Positions 1 through 11,271 are shown, numbered from the whole stretch's first letter. The stretch is DNA of 63,992 nucleotides, filler included, from 4 parts of 4 records of this genome joined end to end with filler, not necessarily neighbours in it, one strand, 5' to 3'. The notes: a model not told the origin generated them from the letters alone. Translations and numbers: made by a program.

Positions 1-2
1 TT

Positions 3-491
3 TTCTGTTGCTTTACCGGATTGGCCTATGCGGATGTAAAAAAATTGACGCATGACGATTTTGTTGTAGGGATTGACGGAGACCTTTGGATCAACACAAA
101 ACGGACTAAAACTAAAACAAAAAGTAACATTCCTGTTTTACCTACTGCCTTGATGATCCTCGAAAAGTATGAGCACAGTCCCCTACTCGTGGATAAAAAA
201 GTATTGCCCGTATTGACCAATCAAAAAATGAATGCCTATTTAAAGGAAATAGCGGACCTTAGCGGAATCAACAAACACCTGACCACTCATTTGGCCAGAC
301 ATACTTTTGCGACTACTGTAACCCTCTCCAATGGCGTCTCAATTGAGTCTGTAAGCAAGATGCTGGGGCACAAATCACTCCGAACAACACAACATTACGC
401 CAAGATTTTGAACAGAAAAGTGAGTGAGGACATGCAACTATTAAAAAAGAAACTTAACTTTCAGCAAAAGGTCTTATCCAAAAATACCTAA
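3..491 (+). CDS. Tyrosine recombinase/integrase, C-terminal catalytic part (5' end outside the window)
   Basis: Frame open from position 3: FCCFTGLAYAD...KTK...HLARHTFATT...KMLGH...TTQHYAK, i.e. HxxR, LGH and catalytic Tyr motifs of Bacteroidota mobile-element integrases. Confidence 0.93.
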   Translation, partial: FCCFTGLAYADVKKLTHDDFVVGIDGDLWINTKRTKTKTKSNIPVLPTALMILEKYEHSPLLVDKKVLPVLTNQKMNAYLKEIADLSGINKHLTTHLARHTFATTVTLSNGVSIESVSKMLGHKSLRTTQHYAKILNRKVSEDMQLLKKKLNFQQKVLSKNT

Positions 492-600
492 GCTTTTTGT
501 CCCATAATCTTACCCCTAACTTTTGCACGCGTTTTCTGTTTTTATATTATAGCGTTCAGGATATTTATTTTATATATTTTTTTCATAAAAGCTTTAAAAA

Positions 601-646
601 CCTGTTTGTCAAGTAAGGGGTCGCGGGTTCGAGTCCCGTCCACGGG
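601..646 (+). pseudogene. Decayed 3' half of a tRNA, probably tRNA-Asp(GTC); candidate att-site remnant
   Basis: CCTGTTTGTCAAGTAAGGGGTCGCGGGTTCGAGTCCCGTCCAC has an intact T-arm (GCGGG-TTCGAGT-CCCGT) and GTC at the anticodon position, but a damaged anticodon stem and no D-arm or 5' acceptor strand. Confidence 0.65.
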
Positions 647-882
647 CTTTAATTAGATAATGTAGTGGAAAGTTTCGTAAGAGAACCGATTAGTCACCCA
701 TGGTCCTACATGACCATTGCAAGGGCTAGCATAAATTTTGCTTTGGTTATGTGAAAAATTTATTGTTCAATTTTTCACTCAAAAAATTAGAGTTGGGACC
801 ATTTTCTCAATATACCCTCGCAATCCAATAAATCATTGTTATGACACACCTTTAATTAGAATCCGGGTTCATCCAAATGAGT

Positions 883-1638
883 TCAGCTGTTATTATCTGT
901 TGCAAGTTGCGTGGGGGTTTGGCCAAATTGTTTTTTAAATGCCACTGAAAAATGGGATAAACTTTCAAATCCTAGATCTAGGTAAATATCGTTTGGCTTT
1001 CTACGCTTTTTATCAATCAAAAAATAGGCTTCCGCCAAACGTTTTTTCACCAACCATCGACTTGGGGATTCCCCAAATATTTCCTTAAAATCCCTCTTGA
1101 AGGCTGATAGGCTCCTCCCTGTCAACGTTGCAAACTGGTCTATGTTCACATTGAACGTAAAGTTTTTGACCATAAACTTTTCCAAGTCTATTTTTCCAGG
1201 TTTTCGGAAATCAAACAAGACATCGGCCAGTTCAGGCTTTTCTTTCAATAGAATGATCAAAAGTTCTTCATATTTTATATCCTCAAATTCCGCTTCCAAT
1301 TCCATGGCTCCTTTGTAATACGGTTTAATGGAATCCATAAAACTGTTTATCAATGGTGAACTGGATATCCTTATAAATGCATCACGGAATGCATTCTGTT
1401 GTGCCTCAATCTGGTGTTTGTTTTTAAAGGCCTGTAAAAATGATTCACCAAAACAGAATATGACAGGCTCAAAAGACGTTTCACTTCCCACGAGTTCATA
1501 CTTTACCAATCTGTTTTTTTGAGCTATTCCATATTCACCGGCCCTAAAAATCGTTCTTTGATTCCCATCATACGTTTGGATGGCACCCCTGGCCACATAC
1601 ATGAGCACAGTGTCCGGAACAAACTGTTCCTTCAACAT
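883..1638 (-). CDS. AraC-family transcriptional regulator
   Basis: C-terminal double HTH (TGRSLSAFKRDF...LGFESLSHFSVAFKKQFG). Confidence 0.92.
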   Translation of the reverse strand: MLKEQFVPDTVLMYVARGAIQTYDGNQRTIFRAGEYGIAQKNRLVKYELVGSETSFEPVIFCFGESFLQAFKNKHQIEAQQNAFRDAFIRISSSPLINSFMDSIKPYYKGAMELEAEFEDIKYEELLIILLKEKPELADVLFDFRKPGKIDLEKFMVKNFTFNVNIDQFATLTGRSLSAFKRDFKEIFGESPSRWLVKKRLAEAYFLIDKKRRKPNDIYLDLGFESLSHFSVAFKKQFGQTPTQLATDNNS

Positions 1639-1689
1639 ATGGACTCTTGTATCTTCTGTAATCGCTCTCAGCTGTTGTTTTTTTAAATA

Positions 1690-2043
1690 CTAATTGAACT
1701 TCAAAGGATGTCCCAGGTAAATCAGTAGCAAGGGCATTAGGACAAATGGGATTTCAACCAACGCAAATTTATAATTCCCTGCCTTAAGGGACAAGGCCAT
1801 TAAAAATACCAAAAGTAAGGCCCTTATTGTGTTTCCGATGAAGAATGTCCTTGGCAATAGTATCAGCAGCACCGAACCAAAGGACAAAACACCGAACACA
1901 ATTCTCATTGTGTCGGTGATGCCCAAAGAATTCATCATGTCCAAATATTGTTCAGAGGGCTTTTGAAACACCCTTAAACCATGGCTTATCCCGATATAGA
2001 CAGTGATAAGCAATACGATTCCGCTAATGATCCTAGTGGTCAT
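1690..2043 (-). CDS. DoxX-like small membrane protein
   Basis: 117 aa, about 4 hydrophobic helices; paralog of 9766-10116 (TFF.GN, ALSL.AGNYK.AL.EIPF..MPLLLI). Confidence 0.7.
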   Translation of the reverse strand: MTTRIISGIVLLITVYIGISHGLRVFQKPSEQYLDMMNSLGITDTMRIVFGVLSFGSVLLILLPRTFFIGNTIRALLLVFLMALSLKAGNYKFALVEIPFVLMPLLLIYLGHPLKFN

Positions 2044-2047
2044 ATGT

Positions 2048-3091
2048 TCACCCTTTTATTAAGTTATATTTTTTCATTGAATCCACTGCAGCCAAAATGG
2101 TCTCTTCCTGAGTGGCCATAGGGGTCCATTTTAATATGCTCTTTGCCTTTTGATTGCTTACATTCCGGTTGATTTTGGCCAGCAAGGCACTTTCCCTGGC
2201 TTTGGCATTGAACAGTGAAGCTATGGTAAGAACAAGGCTGGGAAGTGTTCTGGACGAAACATTAAGGGACACTTCAGGTCTTTCCTTTTTCAACAATTCG
2301 GCGATTTGGGGCAATGAGATCTGTCCATCAGCAGAGGCTATAAAACGATTACCATTGGCCTCGACGGTCTCCATGGCACAAATATGCAATTTGGCAACAT
2401 CCCTGACATCAACGATATTCAATGGAATGTTTGGAATTGCCTTTAAGGAACCGTCCAATAGAGCCTCAAGCAAGTGAAAACTTCCGGAAACATGGGAATT
2501 CAAGCTAGGTCCCAAGATGGCAACTGGGTTGATGGTGGCAAATTCAAGGTTTCCCCCTTCTTTTTTGATAAACGCCCACGCTGCCTTTTCTGCCATGGTC
2601 TTTGATTTTTCGTACACGGAAATCGCCCTATGCTCCGTGTTTGTCCAATCTTCCTCGGTGGTGGGTCTGGTCCTATCGGTCTGGGTAAATCCAACCGCTC
2701 CAAAATTTGAGGTCATTATAACCCTTTTGACCCCCTCCTTTTTGGCCAATTCCAAAATACGTAATATCCCATCCCTTGCGAGGCCCATGGCTTCTTCTTC
2801 ATTTTTTGGCCTGTCGAAAAATACCGGAGCGGCCACGCTCATGATATACGTACAGCCTTTAATTGCTTTTTCCCAGTTCTTGTCATTGGTTAGATCCGCC
2901 TCATAAAAGGACAATCCTTCAAGATTCGTGATGTCATTGTCCTTTAAGGTTTGTAGTATCCCATCAATACTTGCTTTATCTCTTATAGTTGTTCTGACGG
3001 AATAGTCTTTCTGTAACAATTGGAACAGGATGTGCATCCCTACAAATCCGGTTCCACCTGTTACCAACACTGTTTCTTTGCGGTTCATCAT
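2048..3091 (-). CDS. NAD(P)-dependent epimerase/dehydratase-family (aldehyde reductase/DFR-like extended SDR) oxidoreductase
   Basis: VLVTGGTGFVG Rossmann motif, YEKSK catalytic motif, VDVRDVA. Confidence 0.9.
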   Translation of the reverse strand: MMNRKETVLVTGGTGFVGMHILFQLLQKDYSVRTTIRDKASIDGILQTLKDNDITNLEGLSFYEADLTNDKNWEKAIKGCTYIMSVAAPVFFDRPKNEEEAMGLARDGILRILELAKKEGVKRVIMTSNFGAVGFTQTDRTRPTTEEDWTNTEHRAISVYEKSKTMAEKAAWAFIKKEGGNLEFATINPVAILGPSLNSHVSGSFHLLEALLDGSLKAIPNIPLNIVDVRDVAKLHICAMETVEANGNRFIASADGQISLPQIAELLKKERPEVSLNVSSRTLPSLVLTIASLFNAKARESALLAKINRNVSNQKAKSILKWTPMATQEETILAAVDSMKKYNLIKG

Positions 3092-3137
3092 TTAGTTTTC
3101 ATCTCCTGCAAATCTCAATATACTTTGACAGTTTTAG

Positions 3138-3178
3138 TTTATTGAAAAGCCCAAACACACTTTATTGAAAAGTCCAAA
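3138..3178. promoter_or_regulatory. 18-bp direct repeat (23-bp period), putative operator for the AraC at 883-1638
   Basis: TTTATTGAAAAGCCCAAA (3138-3155) and TTTATTGAAAAGTCCAAA (3161-3178), 47 bp upstream of the operon start at 3091. Confidence 0.6.
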
Positions 3179-3705
3179 AAATAAGTTCACAAGTCCCTTT
3201 GGGTATGATAAGACTAAAAAAGCTTCAGAACTCTTGACGGTCTTTATCAAGAAGTGATCATACTGAAAAACTTTTTGTTGCCTATGACATTCAGAAGGAG
3301 ATGGCTCAAATCAATATTTTAGAACCTGTTCGTGACAGATCCAAGCTTTCACAATACAGATCATTTTTCAAGGAATGAATCCACACCCATAAGCAAAGTG
3401 GTGATATCCCCTATGTGATAATCCTGCAATACTGTGATTTATGACTACAACAAAAGGCGTTCTAGATACGTCGGTCCATCCAATTAAACTGAATTTTGGG
3501 GTGTCATTACTCATCAAAATGATAGCATTTGGAAATGCCTCTGGTATCTACTAAAGCACAATGTGTAAGTGGGCTTGGACAGATAAGAAATACATCCTAA
3601 AAGTAGTGGACAGTAAAGAAGAAAGAAGCATTCAATCAACCATTCGGGTGAATCACATCCGTCTATTTGTTGAAGAGTTATTGGTAACAATTAAATAAGA
3701 ATAAA

Positions 3706-3912
3706 ATGGAAAAAAACATCAAAATTGACAAACTTTCTGTGGTTCAGACCCTACTATCAAACGCAATTCCACCCATTGGGTTCTTTTTGTATTTCAGGTA
3801 CAGAAATGCCTTTCCCAACAAGGCCAAAAAGGCACTGATCAACGCTGCCGTAGGGATTCCAATCGCCATGATCATGGGATATATCTTCAATAATTACATC
3901 TTGACCTCATAA
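3706..3912 (+). CDS. Small hypothetical membrane protein (68 aa)
   Basis: A-rich leader before ATG, two hydrophobic segments. Confidence 0.65.
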   Translation: MEKNIKIDKLSVVQTLLSNAIPPIGFFLYFRYRNAFPNKAKKALINAAVGIPIAMIMGYIFNNYILTS

Positions 3913-4031
3913 CGTATTTGCCAGTACTTCAAAAACACACCTGAATAAAAAGTACAGTTCAAGTCGACCTAGGGGTTTCATTGAAATTACAACGAACTAC
4001 AGTAACAGTTTAGAATTAAAAGCATCGAAGA

Positions 4032-4973
4032 ATGAAAAACAAAATCAAAAATTGGACTGCATCCGATATTCCCAAAAGTAGCGGGGGGTTGGCAGTGGTA
4101 ACGGGTGGAACCGAGGGTATCGGCTTTCAAGATGTCCTTGCACTGGCATCGGCCGGGTGGGAAGTCATCATGACAGGGCGTGACCCCAAAAAAGGTATGG
4201 GGTCCATTGTACAGGTCCACAAATCATATCAAAAGGCCAAGGTGAGTTTCGAGAAAATCGATCTTGCCAACCTTTCCTCGGTCAAGGCCTTTGGGGAGAG
4301 AATGAAGGAAAAAGGCAGATCCATTGATCTTCTTATCAACAATGCCGGTATCATGACCCCACCCAAACGGCTTGAAACCGCCGATGGTCTGGAACTACAG
4401 TTTGGCACGAACCATATTGGGCACTTTGCATTGACAGCCCATCTTGTGCCACTTTTAACCATGGGAAACAATCCCCGCGTGGTCACCGTTTCGAGTATCG
4501 GAAACCGCGATGGCAGGATCAATTTCGACGATCTCCAGTCAACATCTTCCTATAAGCCCATGGAAGCCTATGCACAATCCAAACTGGCCAATCTCATGTT
4601 TGCCTTTGAGCTTCAACGTCAAAGTTACAAGCATGATTGGGGCATCATGAGCTTATCAGCCCACCCCGGTGTTTCCCGCACCAATCTTTTGATCACCGGT
4701 GCGGGTAGATGGAGTTCTTCGGGGATAATGAGGACATTTCTTCCTTTTATGTTCCAACCACCCGCCATGGGGGCCTTGCCGACATTGTTTGCCGCTACCT
4801 CCCCTGAGGCGGAACCAGGAGCCTATTATGGCCCAAATAAATTGAGTGAGACCCGAGGATTTCCCACTCCGGCAAAAATACCGGTACAGGCCGAGGATAA
4901 AATGGTTGCCAAAAAATTATGGGACATATCCCTTGAGTTGGCCAATGTTACCTATGACCATAAAAAGTATTAA
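4032..4973 (+). CDS. Short-chain dehydrogenase/reductase (retinol dehydrogenase/WWOX-like)
   Basis: TGGTEGIG, NNAG, QFGTNHIGHF, YAQSK, HPG motifs. Confidence 0.92.
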   Translation: MKNKIKNWTASDIPKSSGGLAVVTGGTEGIGFQDVLALASAGWEVIMTGRDPKKGMGSIVQVHKSYQKAKVSFEKIDLANLSSVKAFGERMKEKGRSIDLLINNAGIMTPPKRLETADGLELQFGTNHIGHFALTAHLVPLLTMGNNPRVVTVSSIGNRDGRINFDDLQSTSSYKPMEAYAQSKLANLMFAFELQRQSYKHDWGIMSLSAHPGVSRTNLLITGAGRWSSSGIMRTFLPFMFQPPAMGALPTLFAATSPEAEPGAYYGPNKLSETRGFPTPAKIPVQAEDKMVAKKLWDISLELANVTYDHKKY

Positions 4974-5002
4974 TTTTAAATACGTGATATATGGTCTGAT
5001 CG

Positions 5003-5098
5003 ATTGGTTTGGCACTATGGCCGGGCAGCACCAAATTTGTCCTGGCCGGGTTTCCCTTTTATGATCATGCCTTAATAATCCATCGACATATCCTTTTA
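5003..5098 (+). pseudogene. Degraded C-terminal remnant of the DoxX-like gene
   Basis: Reads IGLALWPGSTKFVLAGFPF, then after a frameshift MIMP and stops; aligns to MALSLKAGNYKFALVEIPFVLMP of 1690-2043. Confidence 0.5.
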
Positions 5099-5114
5099 CC
5101 CAAAATTCAAATGG

Positions 5115-6023
5115 ATGAACACGCTACGAATTAAATCAATAACCGAACTGCACCGGATGATAGGTTTGGCCCCACCAGAGCATCCCCTAATCAGTGTAAT
5201 GAACTATGCGGATGTACAAATGCCCGAGGGCTTCACTGAAATGAGGGCCATATTGGATTTTTATTACATCACCTTGAAAAGGGGATTCAAGAATAAACTA
5301 CAATATGGACAACAGACCTATGATTTCGATGAGGGACTCATGGGCTTCATGGCCCCAAACCAATTGATATCGGGTGGTGGACCATCCCCTGAGGATGACC
5401 TTAAGGGATGGATCATGCTCATCCATCCCGATTTTATATGGAATACAACGTTGGCCAAAAAGATCAAGACATATGAATTCTTTGGATATGCCGTACATGA
5501 AGCACTCTTTTTATCCGACAAGGAAGAAACCATTGTCAATGGCATCGTCGCTGCCATCAAGAATGAATATCATTCCACCATTGATAAATTCAGCAAGCAA
5601 ATTATAATAAGCCATGTTGAAAATTTGCTGAGCTATGTAGAGCGATTTTACAATAGACAATATATCACAAGGGAAAAGTCCAATCATCAAATTTTGGAAA
5701 AATTGGACATGCTTTTGTCCACCTACTTCGATGATGGGGACTTGGTTTCAAGAGGGTTGCCGACCGTACAGTATATCTCGGAAGGGCTGCATATCTCCCA
5801 GAACTATCTTCGCGGATTGTTAAAAATGTATACCGGTAAAAATACACAGCAGCACATCCATGACATGTTGGTCGATAGGGCAAAGGAAAAATTATCGACT
5901 ACCGAACAGTCCGTCAGCGAGATTGCCTATGACCTTGGGTTTGAGCATCCACAGAGTTTCAGTAAACTGTTCAAAAAGAAAACGAGTATGAGCCCTTCCG
6001 AGTTTCGGATTTTATACAATTAG
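5115..6023 (+). CDS. AraC-family transcriptional regulator
   Basis: PEHPLISV, YGQQTYDFDEG, HPDF N-terminal motifs; SEIAYDLGFEHPQSFSKLFK HTH. Confidence 0.93.
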   Translation: MNTLRIKSITELHRMIGLAPPEHPLISVMNYADVQMPEGFTEMRAILDFYYITLKRGFKNKLQYGQQTYDFDEGLMGFMAPNQLISGGGPSPEDDLKGWIMLIHPDFIWNTTLAKKIKTYEFFGYAVHEALFLSDKEETIVNGIVAAIKNEYHSTIDKFSKQIIISHVENLLSYVERFYNRQYITREKSNHQILEKLDMLLSTYFDDGDLVSRGLPTVQYISEGLHISQNYLRGLLKMYTGKNTQQHIHDMLVDRAKEKLSTTEQSVSEIAYDLGFEHPQSFSKLFKKKTSMSPSEFRILYN

Positions 6024-6053
6024 ACAAAATCCCTTGGCCCCCATTTCGTTACT

Positions 6054-6376
6054 TTAAAATTCCAGAACCCAATCTTTTAAGGAGTCCAGGATAGGCAGCA
6101 TTGCCTTTCCTTGATCTGTAAGCTGATATTCCACCCGTGGTGGTATTTCCTTATAGGCCGTTCTCAAAATAATGCCATCTTCCTCCAATTCCCTTAACTG
6201 TTCGGTCAATACCTTTCGGGTAACATCGGGAATGATTGCATCCAATTGACCAAAACGAATGGTCCGGTCACGGATTACATTGAAGATAATGGGCTTCCAC
6301 TTATTCCCGACCTTCCCAATGGCCCTTGTGAGAGGGCAATGGGAATTACAAAATTTTTAATCCCTATGGATTTCAT
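6054..6376 (-). pseudogene. HxlR-family winged-HTH regulator with a 1-bp frameshift near the 5' end
   Basis: ATG at 6376 gives MKSIGIKNF, but CNSHCPLTRAIGKVGNKWKPIIF...LRELEEDGII...PPRVEYQLT is in another frame; the shift lies in the A/T runs around 6350-6358. Confidence 0.8.
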
Positions 6377-6487
6377 GGCAACTTTAGACATTCCATTCAC
6401 TACAGGCCGCTCCATTGGAGCTGGCCTGTAGTAGAGATGGGATGATTGGTATCAAAGCTTCACTGAAGCTACCATTGCAATCAAAGA

Positions 6488-8108
<1,621 letters not shown>

Positions 8109-8139
8109 ACCTCTAAATTACCCCATATATCCCCATATA

Positions 8140-8157
8140 TTTTGCCTTTTGGCAAAA
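8140..8157. promoter_or_regulatory. Putative Crp/Fnr-type autoregulatory box
   Basis: Perfect palindrome TTTTGCC-TTTT-GGCAAAA, 32 bp upstream of the Crp/Fnr start. Confidence 0.55.
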
Positions 8158-8245
8158 ACAACCGTCAATCATTGATTATCTGGAATCTCTATAGGGACCA
8201 TTTGCCTTTCGGAACGGACGAATTACCTTCATGTCTGAAATACTA

Positions 8246-8737
8246 TCAATCCTCAATTTTCCGCCATTCGATGACAACGACACCACCATTGTCCAAGGGT
8301 AAGTTTTCCACCAAAAGATTTCCTTTTCTTTCCAGGGATAGTTGGCCATTGTCCCGATCCAAACCGTTCCAGTTGGGGAACGTGGAGCCAATGACATGCT
8401 GGCTTTCAAAATCACCATTTCCATCGACCGTATAGGTGCCATATAGGGCCAAAGACCCTGTCACTGCGGCCCGCAATTCCTCACAGTTGCCCTGACTTCG
8501 ATCCTCGGTATGGAATGCTGGTACATCCATATCGTTCAATATCACATTGAAACGCATGTTTTCCGTAAGGATCAAAGAGCCACTTGGGTTTTTTCCAAAA
8601 AGGGCCAAGGTGTCATTTTCCATGTGCAGGTTGCCCGAGACCAGTTCCCAAGTCCCCTGTATCCTGTTATTGTCGTTAGTTGTACAGGCACTTAAGGCCA
8701 TGATCGCCAACATCCCATATATGTTCATTCGTTTCAT
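8246..8737 (-). CDS. Lipocalin-like domain lipoprotein
   Basis: Lipobox LSAC after MKRMNIYG (start 8737); GTWELVS, NPSGSLI, YGTYTVD, STFPNW motifs. Confidence 0.75.
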   Translation of the reverse strand: MKRMNIYGMLAIMALSACTTNDNNRIQGTWELVSGNLHMENDTLALFGKNPSGSLILTENMRFNVILNDMDVPAFHTEDRSQGNCEELRAAVTGSLALYGTYTVDGNGDFESQHVIGSTFPNWNGLDRDNGQLSLERKGNLLVENLPLDNGGVVVIEWRKIED

Positions 8738-8853
8738 AGATTCATTTTTTTCTAATTGTCCAAAGCTGGTTTTCAAAATTGCCACCAAATAATCCAATCA
8801 ATAAAAGTTGGCGTCGATTATGGAGCGGTAATTGGATAAAGCTTTGGGTACGT

Positions 8854-9756
8854 TTAATTAAAGCTGGCCCTGAACTCCAAAGGGCTTTGCCTGGTCTTTG
8901 TCTTGAACAACTTGCTAAAGCTCTGCGGATGCTCAAACCCCAGTTCGTAGGCAATCTCACCCACGGACAGTTCGGTGGTGGACAATTTCTCCTTGGCCTT
9001 CTCTATCAATTTTTGATGGATATGCTGTTGGGTGGTCAGTCCGGTCAATTGCTTGGACATACTGCTCAGGTATTTGGTCGAGACATTCAGTTTGTCGGCC
9101 ACATATTGCACAGTGGGCAAGCCTTCAAATAGATTTTCATTGTTGAAGTACTCCGTTAAAATTTCCTCCATCTGTGTCAGTACCTTGGTATTGGTCACTT
9201 TCCGGGTGATGAACTGTCGTTGGTAATAGCGGTCTGAATAGTTCAATAGGGTCTCTATATGTGAGACAATGATATCTTGGCTGAACTTGTCGATATTGGT
9301 ATCGCATTCCTGCCTGATATTTTCAATGATCCCATTGATGGTCGCCTCTTCCTTTTCAGAAAGGAACAGGGCCTCGTTCACCGCATACCCGAAGAATTCG
9401 TATTTCTTTATCTTTTTGGCCAAGGAGGTGCCCCAAAAAAAATCCGGGTGTACCAACATCACCCAACCTTTTGGCGCATACCCGGGTTCATGTTCCTGCC
9501 CTCTCAAGACTTGGTTCGGTCCAATAAAGGCCATTACCCCTTCGTCAAAATCATACTTTTGCTGTCCATAGCTCAAGTTGTCACAATTTCTTTTGAGGGA
9601 AATCATGTAAAAATCCAGTACTGCACTAATGTCCGCTGCTCCTCTGACGGCCGCGACTTCCGTAATGCTGATAAGTGGATGTGAAGGCGGTGCCATGCCC
9701 CTCATCTTATGGGCCATGGAGATGGAATCGATTCTTATGGGAAGTCTGTTCATCAT
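8854..9756 (-). CDS. AraC-family transcriptional regulator
   Basis: HPLISI, YGQQKYDFDEG, HPDF; EIAYELGFEHPQSFSKLFK. Confidence 0.93.
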   Translation of the reverse strand: MMNRLPIRIDSISMAHKMRGMAPPSHPLISITEVAAVRGAADISAVLDFYMISLKRNCDNLSYGQQKYDFDEGVMAFIGPNQVLRGQEHEPGYAPKGWVMLVHPDFFWGTSLAKKIKKYEFFGYAVNEALFLSEKEEATINGIIENIRQECDTNIDKFSQDIIVSHIETLLNYSDRYYQRQFITRKVTNTKVLTQMEEILTEYFNNENLFEGLPTVQYVADKLNVSTKYLSSMSKQLTGLTTQQHIHQKLIEKAKEKLSTTELSVGEIAYELGFEHPQSFSKLFKTKTRQSPLEFRASFN

Positions 9757-9765
9757 TTTTGGTAT

Positions 9766-10116
9766 TTATGGTTTAAATGGATATTTGAGAAAGATCAATA
9801 ACAAGGGCATGGCCAAAAATGGAATTTCGATCAAGGCCATTTTATAATTTCCCGCCCTCAGGGACAATGCCATGATGATCAAAATGACCATGGCATTGAG
9901 CATATTGCCCAAAAAAAAGGTCCTGTGCCAGATCAGCATCAACCCGATGAGTATTGAGAATATCCCAAAATAAGGCATTGCTGCTTTGGCGATGCCCAAT
10001 TCGGCCATCATTTTTGATTGTTCCTGACTGGGTGCTTGAAAAGCATCCCATCCGTGCTTGAGGGATAAAAAAACCGATATTCCAAAAAGCACCATTGCTA
10101 TTACATTCTTGATCAT
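9766..10116 (-). CDS. DoxX-like small membrane protein
   Basis: 116 aa, hydrophobic; paralog of 1690-2043. Confidence 0.7.
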   Translation of the reverse strand: MIKNVIAMVLFGISVFLSLKHGWDAFQAPSQEQSKMMAELGIAKAAMPYFGIFSILIGLMLIWHRTFFLGNMLNAMVILIIMALSLRAGNYKMALIEIPFLAMPLLLIFLKYPFKP

Positions 10117-10182
10117 TCGTTGTATAATTTAGTTATCGTTTTAAAAAAATAAATCGGGACGGATAACCGTCCTTGTTCTCTT

Positions 10183-11271
10183 TTACCTTAGGGAAAGTGC
10201 TTCCCCAACTTTTACAATTTTCAATTCCCCCTGTACTTTATTGTCCCTGGCCAAGGACTTCAGTATGGCCTCGGGCTCGGAAAGTGGTTCATCGGACATA
10301 TCAAAGGTTCCGTAATGAAAAGGCACCATCATTTTGGCCTTGGTATCATTAAATGCCCTTACGGCATGCTCCGGATCTTGGTGGTTGGGTGACATGAACC
10401 AACGGGGAGCATAGGCCCCTACACCGATAAGGGCCACATCTATATTTGGGAAAAGTTCCCCTATTTCCCTGAAATGGCTCCCGTATCCGGAATCCCCTCC
10501 AAAGTATATGGTCCTTTCACCACTCTTTAACACAAAAGCACCCCACAGGTAGGCATTTTCATCCCCAATCCTGCGGTTTGACCAATGTCTAGAGGGCAAA
10601 AAGTAAATTTGCAGGCTGTCATCCAAGTTATATTCCTGATACCAACCTGCTTCCTGTATCTCGCTTGTTTTCACCCAATCCTTCAACAGGGTGGACATGT
10701 TCAACCCGGTTAAAAACTTGGCATTCGGGTTCTGCCGATGAAGGGTCACCAAACTGGCCTTGTCACAATGGTCATAATGCGCATGCGAAACCAGTACATA
10801 ATCGATATCCACCAGTTTATCCGTGGCTATCGGAAATTCGGTGTACCGCTTTTTCAGCGGAACCGAACCCATAATCGGATCTATCAAAACTTTCCTTCCC
10901 CCCACTCGAATGAAAAAGGAGGCATGCCCCAACAATACGATCACATCTTCCTTGGAACGCAAAAACGAATCATCTTTCACCACTTGCATCCGCCATTTGT
11001 CCTCTTTCTTAATTTTCCGTTTCGGGTTCCTTTGCAGCATCCATTTCAGTGCATCCCCGAATGAATTCTTCATAGGGAATTCATGGTTCACAAAGCGGCC
11101 ATTTTCATCGATCGGATTTCCCTCCCAAGACGTGAGTATGGTCTTCAATTCTGGATTTTTAATCATAGGTGCCCTATTTTTTGTTTTGACTATGGAACCC
11201 GTGGCCCATTTACCCAATACCATTGACAAAGCTAAGATTCCCGTGGATTTCAAAAACGTCCTTCTCTCCAT
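10183..11271 (-). CDS. Metallo-beta-lactamase-fold hydrolase (NAPE-PLD/RomA-like) with twin-arginine signal
   Basis: MERRTFLK Tat motif (start 11271); LGHASF, SHAHYDHCD, HWSNR, YFGGDSGY, PFHYGTF. Confidence 0.88.
   Translation of the reverse strand: MERRTFLKSTGILALSMVLGKWATGSIVKTKNRAPMIKNPELKTILTSWEGNPIDENGRFVNHEFPMKNSFGDALKWMLQRNPKRKIKKEDKWRMQVVKDDSFLRSKEDVIVLLGHASFFIRVGGRKVLIDPIMGSVPLKKRYTEFPIATDKLVDIDYVLVSHAHYDHCDKASLVTLHRQNPNAKFLTGLNMSTLLKDWVKTSEIQEAGWYQEYNLDDSLQIYFLPSRHWSNRRIGDENAYLWGAFVLKSGERTIYFGGDSGYGSHFREIGELFPNIDVALIGVGAYAPRWFMSPNHQDPEHAVRAFNDTKAKMMVPFHYGTFDMSDEPLSEPEAILKSLARDNKVQGELKIVKVGEALSLR

Noticed and set aside
3913-4031. A sixth copy of the 21-bp-spaced AraC motif upstream of the SDR at 4032
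   Set aside because: Looked for it, but found no convincing pair with the 28/21 spacing
8121-8140. CCCCATATAT tandem duplication
   Set aside because: Two copies of a 10-mer; no evidence of function
10183-11271. Possible antibiotic-resistance metallo-beta-lactamase
   Set aside because: Motifs (HWSNR, GDSGY, HYGTF) fit the NAPE-PLD/RomA-like branch rather than class B beta-lactamases
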